A DNA stretch of 63,365 nucleotides, filler included, from Octopus bimaculoides (lineage: Eukaryota), in the NCBI RefSeq assembly GCF_001194135.2. It is 6 parts of 6 records of this genome, joined end to end, with 100 filler letters (N's around TTAATTAATTAA, not from the genome) between each part and the next. Parts side by side here need not be neighbours in the genome. Positions count along the whole stretch, not along the records: positions 1 to 12,377 come from NC_068981.1; positions 12,478 to 20,452 come from NC_068982.1; 4 more parts are not named here. One strand, 5' to 3'. The notes below the pieces were generated by a model. It was not told the origin of the DNA. It did not search any database and worked only from the letters and a program-made list of their open reading frames with translations. The position numbers and the translations under genes were made by a program. Shown in pieces: positions 1 through 12,710 of the stretch (the first letter of the stretch is position 1; each line of letters starts with the position of its first letter).

Positions 1-237
1 CTCCATCTTTCGAACTTACGCTAGACGGCTCGCTCACATCTACATACCAACGTCCCAACAACCATGCTCACACACACAGAAGACGTCTCAACAAACAAGA
101 GCTAAAGATGTATATATTAACCACCTTAAAATAAATATTGTTATGTTGATAGTCTGGAGTTCAGCGTTCCGTTAATTTCTAATTTTATATAGGAAAGTCA
201 GGTATACATCTAATTATGTATAACCCACTTTCCTATA
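1..237 (+). mobile_element. LTR (3' part, cut by window edge), same family as 20662-21008
   Basis: Aligns by eye to the reverse complement of 20662-20890 (shared blocks GAAGACGTCTCA, AGTCTGGAGTTCAGCGTTCCGTT, TATAGGAAAGTCAGGT, TATAACCCACTTTCCTATA). No PBS follows, so solo or 3' LTR. Confidence 0.75.
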
Positions 238-302
238 AGTCTAATCGAGTGGCACCCTCCCCCAAAATTTCGGGCCTTGTGCCTAGAGTAGAAAAGAATA
301 TT
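238..302 (+). mobile_element. SINE family B, 3' end (interrupted by the LTR)
   Basis: CTAATCGA..CCCCAAAATTTCGGGCCTTGTGCCTAGAGTAGAAAAGAAT matches the 3' ends at 46790-46850, 16290-16345 and 33040-33090. Confidence 0.7.
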
Positions 303-2060
303 TATCACACACAAACAAAGGTAGAATTGGACATGGGACCATGTGGATGCCAAGCAAACATGTCAACATTACAATCATGACTGCTTTCATATCAACATCA
401 TTTAACATCTAACTTCCATGCTGGCATGGGTTGAATGGTTTGACAGGAGCCAGCTAGGTAGAAGACCACACCAGGCTACTGTGTCTGTTTTGGCATGGTC
501 ACATATATAGATATAAAAATCAAAATTAAATCAAACATAAATGAGAAAAATATTAACATATATTTTAAATAAATAGAATTTACAGAGAGTTAGATCAGGG
601 CGTCATAATACCCAAACTGCCTTTTGATTTAACCAAATGCCTTCATTTTTGTTTCATATGAACTATGTTCAAGTTATACCATCAACCAATATCAAACCTG
701 TTATTCACATCCAGTAGACATAAAAGGTTGGCTGATCAACCCTGATAAAGGAAAATGAAACTTGGATTCAGTTGACAGCTGAGTCCATCCTACTTATAGT
801 AAAGTCTGTTTGACATAAGCACAAAGGCAAGTGAACCACAAGCATTACAGTGGGTCAGAACATGAGTATAGATATAACACATATCTGGATTAAATTTCAA
901 TGGGTTTTGTGTAAACTTATAAAGCTATTCTTACTTTTTACATTTTTTTGTAACAAGTAGGTGTAGCTATTTTGCAACCTGGGCATAGTCAACTGTAATA
1001 ATTATAAATTAATTTGCTTGTCTACACACAATGAAGACCTAGAGCAACAAAATAGAATGTGTATTATAAAAGACATAAATGAAAATATCTTTCTTAATCA
1101 CTCTCTGTGATTACTTTTTAAGATAGCACCTTAATTTGCTTAGTTTACAATAACCTTATAAATAATTATGTTAAAAGAAATTGTGTTTGAGAATGAATAT
1201 TAAAACTATAAAATCCTTGAATCCCCTTCTTGCATATCCATGACACTGCCTTGATTAAAAAAATCTTGAATTATTATTAAATCCTTGTTGTGATACTACA
1301 TCATGTCATAAAAATCAACATTTTTTAATGATATTTGATACCTATCAATTTTATCTGGTATTTCGAGGTATACTAAAATTGTAATACCAAGAATATGTCA
1401 ACACGACTTCCTCAACAATTAAAGCCAAGGTTTTAACACACAATTTGATATACCAATTAAAGGAAGTAAACATGCTTCACTGAATGTATAATGTTCATGC
1501 ACATGAATGAGGAAGCAATGAAAAAAAAAGGATCTATTATAAGCAAATGAAACACTGAAATTCCACTGACATTTTTACTACAGTCACTTTTCCCTTTAAG
1601 CCACTTCTTCCCCAAAAAGAAAATTATGTCCTCAGCTTTTAAGAATATTTAAGCAAAAGAGCAAGCATTACATATGTTCATGTCTGCATGTGTGGGTATG
1701 AATGTGTGTGTGTGTGTGCACATGTGTGTGTAGCATTATTAATAGATGTGTTGTTTGTCCTTTGTTTTTGAATATGACCTATACACCAACTTGTATACTC
1801 ATATACACTGAAACAACAGAATGCAGCTATACAGACAACTGGAGTTTCATGACGACTACTACTACCTATACTCTACATCTGTGGTATGAAACTATGGCAG
1901 TGATATTCAAATTATCACAATGAAAGGCCTTTCATCTATCTAGTCTGAAGAAGTTAGTCCTGATATACACTAAACTTGGATTCAATTTCTCTCACACCCA
2001 CACATATGTGCACACAAACACACACAGATAGATAAATGGATGGATGGTATATAAAATGTA

Positions 2061-2925
2061 TAAGATGCATTTTATAAGTTTTTAGATTTTTTTAGGAGAA
2101 GCAGTTATAATTAGCCTAGATTATTGTAATTTTAGTATATCATTACTATACAACTAATAAGCTAATCTACCAACTTTTATTGTTTCAGACTGAAGGAGAC
2201 AGCTGCAACAGCACTTTGAACAAATCCTGTTAAACACTGCTTGTCACAGCTGACTAGTTTGCAGAATGCACTCAGGACATGAACACAATTTGGATGCTCA
2301 CTACGCAATAAAGTTTTGGATTAAACTAGGTTAAAACACTACAGAAACTGATGAAATACTCCAGACTGCTTAACTGGCACAAGAGGTTCAAGGATGGTAC
2401 AGAGGAGGTGGGAGATGATGAGTGGGGTGTGAGGGAGAGAGATGTCAGATCATTGGAGCTGGTAAAGAAAAATTCACAATTTTCTCAATGACGATTGTTA
2501 AATGTCTATAAAGACAAAAAGCATAGCTTAGAAGAGTTTGGGTGGCAACTGTACACAGAATTGTTTGTGAAAATATGTGCTTAGTGATAAGCATCCTGGT
2601 AACCAACTACTTGACAGAGATAGACATCAAAATTGTCCCTCACCTTCCCCCCACAATCCAGGCCTTGGTCCCTGTGATTTTTAGTCATTCTCCAAGCTGA
2701 AAGCGGACATCAGTGGCAGCTGTTTTGAAGATGAAATAGGTTATGACAAAAGTCATGGACACCTTCACTTTGGAGGACTTCCATGGGGCCTTCACAAAGT
2801 GACTGGAGTGTTACAAAAAGTACACTGAAATCAGAGGATCTTACTTTGAATGAGACATGAGTTTTGTACTTTTTTAAAATTAATAAATGTTTCTCTTGGT
2901 TTCAAAATTTCTGAAATGCATCTTG
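2061..2925 (+). mobile_element. mariner DNA transposon, internally deleted, both ends present
   Basis: Imperfect TIRs (TA-TAAGATGCATTTTATAAGTTTT / AAAATTTCTGAAATGCATCTTG-TA). Degenerate transposase motifs HYAIKFWIKLG.NTTETDEIL, WHKRFKDG and a C-terminal GSYFE. The catalytic core is largely missing. Confidence 0.8.
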
Positions 2926-2984
2926 TATATGTGTGTGTATGTATAGATAAAGATATATACATAGACTGTATATCTATATCTATG

Positions 2985-3044
<60 letters not shown>

Positions 3045-3049
3045 TATAT

Positions 3050-3380
3050 ACTTCCTGGCACTTGTACCGGTGACACGTGAAAAGTCATTTGAGCGAGATT
3101 GTTGCCAGTGCCGTTGGACTGGCTCCTGTGCAGGTAGCACGTAAAATACACCATTTGAGCGTGGCTGTTGCCAGTACCGCCTGACTGGCCTTCATGCCGG
3201 TGGCACGTAAAAGCACCCACTACACTCTCAGAGTGGTTGGCATTAGGAAGGGCATCCAGCTGTAGAAATTCTGCCAAGTCAGATTGGAGCCTGGTGTAGC
3301 CATCTGGTTCACCAGTCCTCAGTCAGATCGTCCAACCCATGCTAGCATGGAAAGCGGACGTTAAACGATGATGATGATGA
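3050..3380 (+). mobile_element. RTE-LINE-related 3' end with (GAT)n tail
   Basis: GGCACGTAAAAGCACC modules, AGGAAGGGCATCCAGCTGT and terminal CCATGCTAGCATGGAAAGCGGACGTTAAACGATGATG. The same terminus follows RTE RT coding sequence at 10700-11550. Confidence 0.75.
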
Positions 3381-3568
3381 TATACATATATACACATATA
3401 TATACATACATACATATACATATATACACATATATATACATACATACATATACATAAATGTAGATTTGGTTTCAAATCTTAGCTATACTGTAGGTGTTCA
3501 TTACATACACACATACCTACATTCATACATACATACATACATATGTGCATACATACATACATACATAC

Positions 3569-3612
<44 letters not shown>

Positions 3613-4097
3613 GTATATGTATGTATGTATATATGCATGCATGCATGTATGTATGTAATGAACACCTACAGTATACCTAGGCTAGGATTTGAAACCAAAT
3701 CTACATTTTTATCCATTGTCAAACACATCCTCAGTCTACTTAGTTTTATTGCACCGAGAGATTAATGAGAGAAAGTTGACCTCTTGATCTTTCTCAGGGC
3801 ATTCTTCGGTCAATTCTGATTAAAGAAAGAACCCTATTGTTTTTAGCTCTATCTACTTAGCAAGTTATAAAAACACAAGCAAATAAGTTATCTTCCTCTC
3901 TTTGGCCAATTGTCTCTGGACAAACAGCAACCTTGTCAGTATGCATATGAAGGTAGACCTCTTAATGTATCATTCTGCCTTGATTGTTTTACTCCGTCTT
4001 TCTTTTTGGCAGTGCAGTGATGATGGTAGCTCCTGCACACAATGACCGTGGAGCCAGAGACAAATATTCTACTGCATCTACAAACAAGTTGTATATT

Positions 4098-4358
4098 AAA
4101 ATAAAATAAATGTGCCCTTTTAAAGCCTAGCCAGGCTCATGGGCCCAATTTCCCGGTTTCAATGGCGTATGTGTTCCCCAGCTGTACGGGACACCAGTCC
4201 ATCGCAGCGTTACTAATTTTTGCCGGCTGAGTGGACTGGAGCAACGTGAAATGAAGTGTTTTGCTCAAGAACACAACGCGTCGCCCGGTCCAGGAATCGA
4301 AACCACAATCTTACGATCATGGTGCTGACGCCCTAACCACTAAGCCACGCGCCTCCAC
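4098..4358 (-). mobile_element. tRNA-derived SINE family C, full length, with target-site duplication
   Basis: Minus-strand head GGAGGCGCGTGGCTTAGTGGTTAGGG (A-box) and GTTTCGATTCC (B-box), (TTTAT)n tail, 12-bp TSD AAGTTGTATATT at 4086-4097 and 4360-4371, CpGs intact. Confidence 0.85.
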
Positions 4359-5011
4359 AAAGTTGTATATTGTAATGACTAATATCATAATCAATTTTAT
4401 ATCAGTATATATATATCTATATATGATTTGTGTGTCTGTGTCTGTCTGTATGTGCACATGTGTGTGTGTGCACATGTGTGTGTATGCATATGTATACATA
4501 TATGGTAAGATGTTTAAACCATTTTTCATTGCAATGGAAATGTATGAGTCTGTTCATAGGATGGGAGGGAGGAACAAAAAGAGTCATAATACGAAAAAGT
4601 CTAGTCAAGAGAGAATGAGAAAGTAATTGGTATATAAGAAAAAAAAATGGATGATGGTTGAGAAGGAAGTGGAGATAAATTTGATATACTGTATCAAGGA
4701 ATATATAAATAGAAGAGGAATTACCCTAACAAAATGTGTCATTTAACAGTAACACTGTTATACAAACACATGTGAAGTGTCAGTAGGAAAACCAACAAGA
4801 AGATACAGTAGGAGGGAAGGAGTGTTATATCAGCATAAAATTTAATGACATCTTATCTTTCAATAAATTAAAATACAGAACTTCGCACTTCCAGAATTAT
4901 TTCCTTGTTCATACATATAGTAAGCAACATTTCCAATCGCCCACTATTTTTCTCTTGCTATTATTAATTTGTAATAATAATAATAATAATGATAATAAAT
5001 AATAATAATAA

Positions 5012-5395
5012 AATGCCTGGATGCAGTACCAGGCAGTGGCTCTCATGGCTTCTGATCTTAATTGATTGGAAGTGTTATCATGTACATTGTTTTGTCTTGG
5101 TATAAAAGATGGGCTACAGCAAATATTCTGCTCAGTACCACAGATTTGCTTGTCAGTTGTTTGACCTTAACCATTTTAGCATGTCCCTTGGTGGCTGACG
5201 ATATGTGCATCTCTGATCATGAGCAGAAGTAGTGGGGGAGCATCATAGCCATGTGTTGAGAGGAATTCTTTGGAGTTCCAATAATTCACCTTTCGAAACA
5301 TGGGTGTTTTGCTCAACATCCTTAAACAAACCTTATTCAGGGACCTTTTGAGCGGAATGAAGAAAATTCTGACTGAAGAAAATTCTAACTGGGCC
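5012..5395 (-). mobile_element. unclassified retroposon 3' end
   Basis: Ends on the minus strand in a (TTA)n run (4970-5010) and abuts the truncated Dong element. Recalled as a common octopus repeat, but no second copy lies in this window. Confidence 0.35.
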
Positions 5396-5400
5396 CTGAA

Positions 5401-7390
5401 AATTAAAGAAAAAATATAATGTGAAAACCATATTTGACATTGATACCACCATAGAAACTGTCAAGCAAAAGGTATGTGCCCGCATAGCAAGGTATGAAAA
5501 GCACATTAGATTCTTCAAGGACAACAACATGTTAAAAAATGACCCAAAAAATTTTTGCAGGAAGATAGGGAAAATACCAGTTACAGTAAAGTTTGTCTCA
5601 TCAAAAGAAGAAGTGCAGGAATTTTGGAATAAAATTTGGGCAGAAGAAGAAATGCACAATGAAAAGGCCCCTTGGATTGATAGAATATCTACAAGCTCCT
5701 TAGAAGAGCAAAAGTGGGAGGGTATAAAGGAAGAAGATGTAAGATCTGCTCTCAGGAAGTCAAATAAATGGAAGTCTCCAGGAAAGGATAAAATTCTTAA
5801 CTTCTGGTTGAATGCCTTCCCAGAGACCCATAAATTGCTAACAAAACTTTACAACAACGTTTTGCAACATTCTAGTAGGATTCCCTCTTGGCTAGTTAAT
5901 GGTATAACATTCCTGCTTCCAAAAAATGAATGAAACAAATGAACCAAAAAATTATCAACAATATATAAAACGCTAACATTTGTCTTGTCTGAATTTACCT
6001 ATAGTTTTTTAATAGAAAGTGGCATATTCCCTAATGAGTAAAAAGGATGTAAACATGGATCCTATGGTTGTAAAGATCAGCTACTCATCAATAAGATGAT
6101 CTTGGAAGATTGTCACAAACGACACAAAATCTTGTCAACAGCCCGGATAGACTATAAAAAAGCTTTTGATTGCCTACCACATAGCTGGATTAAGAAATAT
6201 TTGGAAATGTATAAAATAGCACCTACTCTGCGAAACTTTTTGTCTCTAAGTATGAGATCATGGAGAACCACACTGACTTTGAACAGAGACAATGAATCTC
6301 TCAATGCTGGAGATGTAAGAATTTTATGTGGCATTTTCCAAGGTGACTCACTATCACCACTCCTATTTTGTCTAGCCTTAATACCTCTCTCAAAATTGTT
6401 CAATGATGTACAGTACGGTTATAAAATGTTTGATAAAAATATAAATCATTTCATTTACATGGATGATTTAAAGCTCTTTGCAAAAAATGACCAACCACTC
6501 CAGGGCTTACTAGCGATTGTTAAACAATTCAGTGATGACATCAGGGTGCAATTTGGCCTCAATAAATGTGCAAAAGCTACATTTATCAAAGGGAAAATGA
6601 CAGAAATATCTAAAGTGAACCTTGACCAGCAGAATGTCATAAAGGAGTTAGAACCATCAGGGAGCTGCAAATACCTAGGGGTACTTGAAGGGGATGGAAT
6701 CAAACATTCAGTGATGAGGGAAAGGATCAGAAGAGAATATTATCGCAGGGTGAGAGCAATACTCAAGACAGAGTTGAATGCCAGAAACAGGATCGAAGCA
6801 ATCAATACTTTAGCCTTACCAGTCATGACTTACAGTTTCAATATCATTGACTGGTTAATTACTGAAATATGTAAACTTGACAGAAAAATACGAAAATTGC
6901 TGACAATGCATAGAATGCACTTCCCTAAGGCAGATATAGATCAACTTTAACTGACACAAAGATAGATGCAAATTGACCAGACATTATATTGAAAGACTTC
7001 AGACAAAAATCATGCCTCCTCATTGATATGACTATCCCAAATGATATAAAAGTATCTGTGAAGACCTACCAAAAACTGAACAAGTATAAAGATCTTGAAA
7101 TAGGAATTAGCAAAATGTGGATCCTGAAGGCTAAAACAGTACTTGTTGTCGTAGATGCCCTAGGAATGATAGCAAAAGTGGCTGATTGCTACCTAGCTCA
7201 GATACCAGGAAACCCCAAAATGGCAGAAATTCAAAAGATAGTGCTCATGGGAACTGCCCATATCCTACGTATGACACCCTAGGCATAACACCAGCATGAA
7301 CTTGTTGTCTCTTCAGGTCTCTGAGTGAGACTTGGAGCCAACTTGTACAAATGCAAAGCAAAAGTCAAATATAAAATAATAATAATAAGA
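5401..7390 (+). mobile_element. Dong/R4-clade non-LTR retrotransposon remnant (RT plus restriction-like endonuclease)
   Basis: ORFs 5421-5933, 6096-6950 and 6989-7282 carry KSPGKD, GCKDQLLINK, DYKKAFD, GIFQGDSLSP, YMDDLKL, CKYLG, PDII..D (REL) and IQKIVLMGTAHILR. (AAT)n tail, stops, and an internal deletion near 6950. Confidence 0.9.
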
Positions 7391-7402
7391 AGAAGAAGAA
7401 GA

Positions 7403-7516
7403 AAAGGATGAAAGGCAAGGGTGACCTCAGCGGAATTTGAACTCAGAACATAGCAACGGGCAAAATACCACTAACCATTTTGTCCAGCATGCTAACAATT
7501 CCACCAGCTTGCTACC
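7403..7516 (-). mobile_element. SINE family B, 5' part
   Basis: Reverse complement reads GGTAGCAAGCTGGTGGAATTGTTAGCA...TTCTGAGTTCAAATTCCGCTGAGGT..CTTGCCTTTCATCC, as at 16160-16250 and 32915-33010. Confidence 0.7.
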
Positions 7517-8599
7517 AGTAATGATGATGATGATGGTAATGGTGATGATGATGAGTATGTTGGGCTTTGTATATTTGTACCCCAGCATCACTTTGATGAT
7601 GTGAGCTGCTCTCCCAATGATAATAATGATGATGATAATGATAATAATAAAATAATAATAATAATAATAATAACAATAATAATAACAATAACAATGATAA
7701 TATAACAACACATTGGTATTTTGTGGATGGGTGGTATCAACTAGTGACAGGATCTGGGTGGTGATGTTATTTTGTATGAGAGGAAGTAACTTCAAATCCA
7801 GTTAGTAACTGGTGAGCTTTGACTTGTATGCCTTTGTCAAATGAACTAGAAAGGTGAAATTGGGTGTATCACACAACAACAGAAATATTAGCTGAGATTG
7901 TTAGCTGAGTTCATGACTCACATTGAAAATCAATGGTTTTGGGTTAACACCCAATGTGAGGTTTTTCAGCAGTGTAAATCTTTTTCTTATATTTCCTCTA
8001 ATAGGTATTACATGAAAATTTTTTATAAAAATAGTTGTAAATAAGATTTAATAGTTCATCATTAGGTTCACATGTGATATGTGCATGTTATATATCTTTT
8101 TTTAGAGTTATTAGTCACTAATAGAGGCACAGCAAGAGGTGGGTATGGTGGTGTGTGATGGTAGGGAGGAAGCAGTCAAACAGTTGATACTCAGGTTGAA
8201 CTTCTGTGGTAAAGTATGATGACATTGGCAGAGAAAGAAATCCAGAAAGTTTTGAGGAAATACTGTGTCGGTGTTTACTACAAGATCTTGAGAAAAGAAG
8301 GAAGCAGTAACAAGGAGGTGTGATGGGTGGAATCACTAACTAGTTTAGAGTAGTAAAGGCAGCTGAAGTTGTTATAAAAGAGACAAGGTAGTGGAGTATG
8401 ATCTATGGATGTTGAGTCTCATAGAAGCAATGACAAGCGACCAAGATGTTTGGCAATTTGCTGTGCTTGAGAAGACAGATCAAGCTAAATAAAATTGTAG
8501 TCACGGCCAGTGCTGGTGACAAATAAAAGACATCCATGCCAGTGTCATAAAGGTGTTTTTGCATACTGAACTACTTGGCAAAATTGTTAATTCCCTTCC

Positions 8600-9030
8600 C
8601 TATATCTATATTGATGGTCTTCTCCTGGATGGTTAAACTGCATTCTTTTCTGCGGGACTATTTGTGACTCACATGAGATAATTTTGAGGAGGGATACGGA
8701 ACTCACTAGTCGATATAAATTTGGAGATGCCGATTCTTTTCTTATGTGATATTTGATGTCGCATGGTCAGATATGAATGGGTTTATTAGCATTTTCAAAT
8801 TTATAACTTTGGATATCATGCTGATGAATGGAACGAATTTTTATATTCTAATCACGAAACGTCGTACATGATTAACTAACAGCAGGTTTGTTTTCGCTTG
8901 TTTTTCTTCTGTTGTTCTATATGTTCCATAAATATCACCATCCGTTGGAGAATAAATTGTAGTTAGAATTAGTAGTTTTAACTGCTATTTCTAAACTTTC
9001 AGTATGTTGGTGAGGCAACTCCTGCTGATC
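8600..9030 (-). mobile_element. possible LINE APE-endonuclease relic
   Basis: Minus-strand translation has TIYSPT, VRRFVI and INPFISDH, resembling the APE motifs IYAP, RLDRFL and SDH. Heavily degraded. Confidence 0.3.
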
Positions 9031-9050
9031 CCTATATGTTTATATATATA

Positions 9051-9262
9051 CTCTTTTACTCTTTTACTCTTTTAATCTTTTACTTGTTTCAGTCATTTGA
9101 CTGCGGCCATGCTGGAGCACCGCCTTTAGTCGAGCAAATCGACCCCAGGACTTATTCTTTGGAAACCTAGTACTTATTCTATTGGTCTCTTTTGCCGAAC
9201 TACTAAGTTATGGGGACGTAAACACACCAGGGGTGACAAACACAGACACACAAACATATACA
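9051..9262 (-). mobile_element. SINE family A, 3' half
   Basis: CTTGTTTCAGTCATTTGACTGCGGCCATGCTGGAGCACCGCC...CCAGGACTTATTC...AGTACTTATTCTAT, shared with about 8 other copies in the window. Short tandem TAAAAGAG tail. Confidence 0.8.
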
Positions 9263-9269
9263 AATCTAC

Positions 9270-10650
9270 TATGTTGGTTTGGACATGTGATGCATATGAA
9301 TGAGGACAGCTGCATATAGAAGGGCCAATCACGGAAAGTGGAAGAGGGAGACCCAGGAAGACATGGGATGAAGTGGTAAGGACCAATCTCAGGATGTTGG
9401 GCCTCACAGAGGAAATGACAATGGACCAAGATGTCTGGTAATATGAGGTTCTTGAGAAAACCTACCATCATCAGCGAAACTGAGATCTAGAAGTGTTGTG
9501 TATCCCACCCATACTTAACAAGAAAACTTTCCACACACTCTGCACAACAAAAAAAAACTATATCTCTTCTCTTTCTCACATTTCCACTTCATACGCTATG
9601 CTTACCTCCCACTCCCCAACCCTGTCCTCTTGGCCCTCTCTCACTGTATCATTGCTCTCTGCTAACTCCTGACCTGTGTGTTCTGCCCACACATAACAAG
9701 AAAACTTCTTACACACCTTATCCCAACAAACCAATCTACAACGCTTCTCTTCCTCACATTTTCTCCCTCATGCACTATGCCTGCCTCACATTCCCCAATC
9801 CTGTCCTCACTGCTCTGTTTCTCTGTATCATTGCTATCCGGTAGCCCCAACACTCTATATACCCAGGTCTTCAACACACACTTCCCCTTCTCACTCTAAT
9901 CACACTTCTTTTGCAATATCTTGCCTCTTATATTATGACCTTCAAACCTCAAGGGTATGCCCTGGCACTTGCCACCTTCTATATCTCCCTCTGCCTTTAC
10001 TTGATCATCTCGTTTATATTCTGATCTCCATCTCTTGTGAGTATGCCCAGCTCTTTCCCCCCATCTCTATCCTGCTGTCTCCCACTCTCTATCTCTCTTC
10101 CTCCTGCACTTCCTTCAGGTTGGGTAGCCATGTATGTCCTTTGCAGCAGCACACCTGTTTCTGTCCTCATTCTTGATCTCTCTCTCTTTTTTGCTCCGAA
10201 CGGAAAACCTTGTACCTCCTCTACAGCAAGACACCTATTTCTGTCTCTCTGCCTCACTATAACCTTTCATCATCTGACACAAGATCACCTCCTCCAATGC
10301 CCCCTACCCTCTCAAAAGACTTTTGGCTTGCAAGTTACTTGGTGACCCTGTCAGTGCAGGTACCACTTAAAAAGCATCCAGCCCACACTGTAAAGTGGTT
10401 GGCATTTGGAAGGGCATCCATTTGTAAAAAACTTTGCCAAAACTAACTAACCTTGCCTGTGCTTGTGTCACGTAAAAAGCACTAAGACCTCTCGACTGAG
10501 TGGTTGGTGTTAGGAAGGGCATCCAGCTGTAAAAATCCTGCCAAAACAGTTACAGAAGTCCAGTCCAGGCTTCTGCCTGGCCAGCTCCTGCCAAACCGTC
10601 CCACCCATGCCAGCATGGAAGGCTGACATTAAATGATGATGATGATGATA
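9270..10650 (+). mobile_element. RTE-LINE-derived element: C-terminal coding relic, pyrimidine-rich insert, 3' UTR
   Basis: WFGHVM..RGRPRKTWDEVV..LGLTEEMT at 9275-9430, C/T-rich block 9560-10340, standard 3' end 10340-10650 with (GAT)n tail. Confidence 0.65.
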
Positions 10651-10654
10651 ATAC

Positions 10655-10699
<45 letters not shown>

Positions 10700-10702
<3 letters not shown>

Positions 10703-11550
10703 TCATCATCATCATCATCGTTTAAACGTCCGCTTTCTNNNNNNNNNNNNNNNNNNNNNNNNNNNNNNNNNNNNNNNNNNNNNNNNNNNNNNNNNNNNNN
10801 NNNNNNNNNNNNNNNNNNNNNNNNNNNNNNNNNNNNNNNNNNNNNNNNNNNNNNNNNNNNNNNNNNNNNNNNNNNNNNNNNNNNNNNNNNNNNNNNNNNN
10901 NNNNNNNNNNNNNNNNNNNNNNNNNNNNNNNNNNNNNNNNNNNNNNNNNNNNNNNNNNNNNNNNNNNNNNNNNNNNNNNNNNNNNNNNNNNNNNNNNNNN
11001 NNNNNNNNNNNNNNNNNNNNNNNNNNNNNNNNNNNNNNNNNNNNNNNNNNNNNNNNNNNNNNNNNNNNNNNNNNNNNNNNNNNNNNNNNNNNNNNNNNNN
11101 NNNNNNNNNNNNNNNNNNNNNNNNNNNNNNNNNNNNNNNNNNNNNNNNNNNNNNNNNNNNNNNNNNNNNNNNNNNNNNNNNNNNNNNNNNNNNNNNNNNN
11201 NNNNNNNNNNNNNNNNNNNNNNNGATACTTACACTCTGACGGGTATGCACATTTACATTACACATCCAGCGGAGCATACTGGCTTCATTCCATGCGAGCT
11301 TACGCATGTCCTCAGCAGTCACAGCCCATGTTTCACTGCCATGTAGCATGGCTGTTCGTACACATGCGTCATACAGTCTGCCTTTTACTCTGAGTGAGAG
11401 TCCCTTTGTCGCCAGCAGAGGTAAGAGCTCTCTAAACTTGGCCCAGGCTATTCTTATTCTAGTAGTTACACTTTCAGCGCACCCACCCCCACTACTAACT
11501 TGGTCACCCAGATAGCGGAAGCTATCAACTACCTCTAGTTTTTCTCCCTG
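10700..11550 (-). mobile_element. RTE-clade LINE 3' fragment (RT C-terminus plus 3' end, spans an N gap)
   Basis: Minus-strand frame reads RIRIAWAKFRELLPLLATKGLSLRVKGRLYDACVRTAMLHGSETW. Terminus AAAGCGGACGTTTAAACGATGATG at 10737-10700. Confidence 0.85.
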
Positions 11551-12336
11551 GAATGAGATATATATATAAATATATATATATTAATATATATATCATCATC
11601 ATCATTTAATGTTCATCTTCCATGCATGCATAGGTAGGACAGCCAGGTAGAAGGCTACCCCAGGCTATTGTGTCTGTTTTGGCAGGGTTTTCACAGCTGG
11701 ATCCCCTTCCTAACAAAATGTTGGCTTCAGAATTAATTGGTCACACATTCAGCCACACTCCATATCACCTGAATTCTCTCTCTATGGCCTCAGGCTGATC
11801 AAAGCTTTGTGTGTGTGTCTGAGTGCAAGTCTGTATGTGTGTGTCTTTGTCTGTGTGTATGTGTGTTTGTGTCTCCTTGTTTTGACATCACATAATATGT
11901 CTGTAAACAAGTGTTACCATCCAATAAGTGGTGCTGTTTACATTGTGGTGGTGGTGGTGGTGGTGGTGACGATGACGATGACAACAACAAAGGAATTGAC
12001 CTTTGTGTTTTGTCACTACTGAATATACTGATTCTAATGATTAAAAAAAGGAGAAGTTGACCTCAGTGAAGTTTAAACTCAGAAACATGAAACATTTTAA
12101 GGTGGCTACTTTGTTTTTATTCAGGACTCACCCACTTGTCTCAGTTTAAAGAAAAGTTGTAAAGCAACGTATAGTAAGTTTAGTGCATTAGAGGAGAGAA
12201 ATGTTACACTGTCTGGGCAGGGTGTGTTATGTTTGTGTGTGAGTATGTGCATACATATATACATATAATATATATATATGATATATAAGTATGTAATATT
12301 AATAATCAGCACATCACACATATATATATATATATG

Positions 12337-12377
<41 letters not shown>

Positions 12378-12660
12378 NNNNNNNNNNNNNNNNNNNNNNN
12401 NNNNNNNNNNNNNNNNNNNNNTTAATTAATTAANNNNNNNNNNNNNNNNNNNNNNNNNNNNNNNNNNNNNNNNNNNNATATATTAATATATAAATATTCA
12501 CGTTTGTGAATAAGTAATTTCTTTGAGAATGTATTCCTATGTATCTAGGAATTGGTTTGTTAGATGTATATACACATGCAATCTAAATATACACACATAA
12601 CAGAGAAAATGCTTGTACGTGTATGTATGTGTTTGTGCATGTGTGGGAGAGTGTGTGTGT

Positions 12661-12710
<50 letters not shown>

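Noticed and set aside
12422-12433. TTAATTAATTAA inside N runs (also 20497, 39247, 57487, 61034)
   Set aside because: An identical 12-mer centred in five gaps, with stops in all six frames, is a scaffolding linker and not biological.
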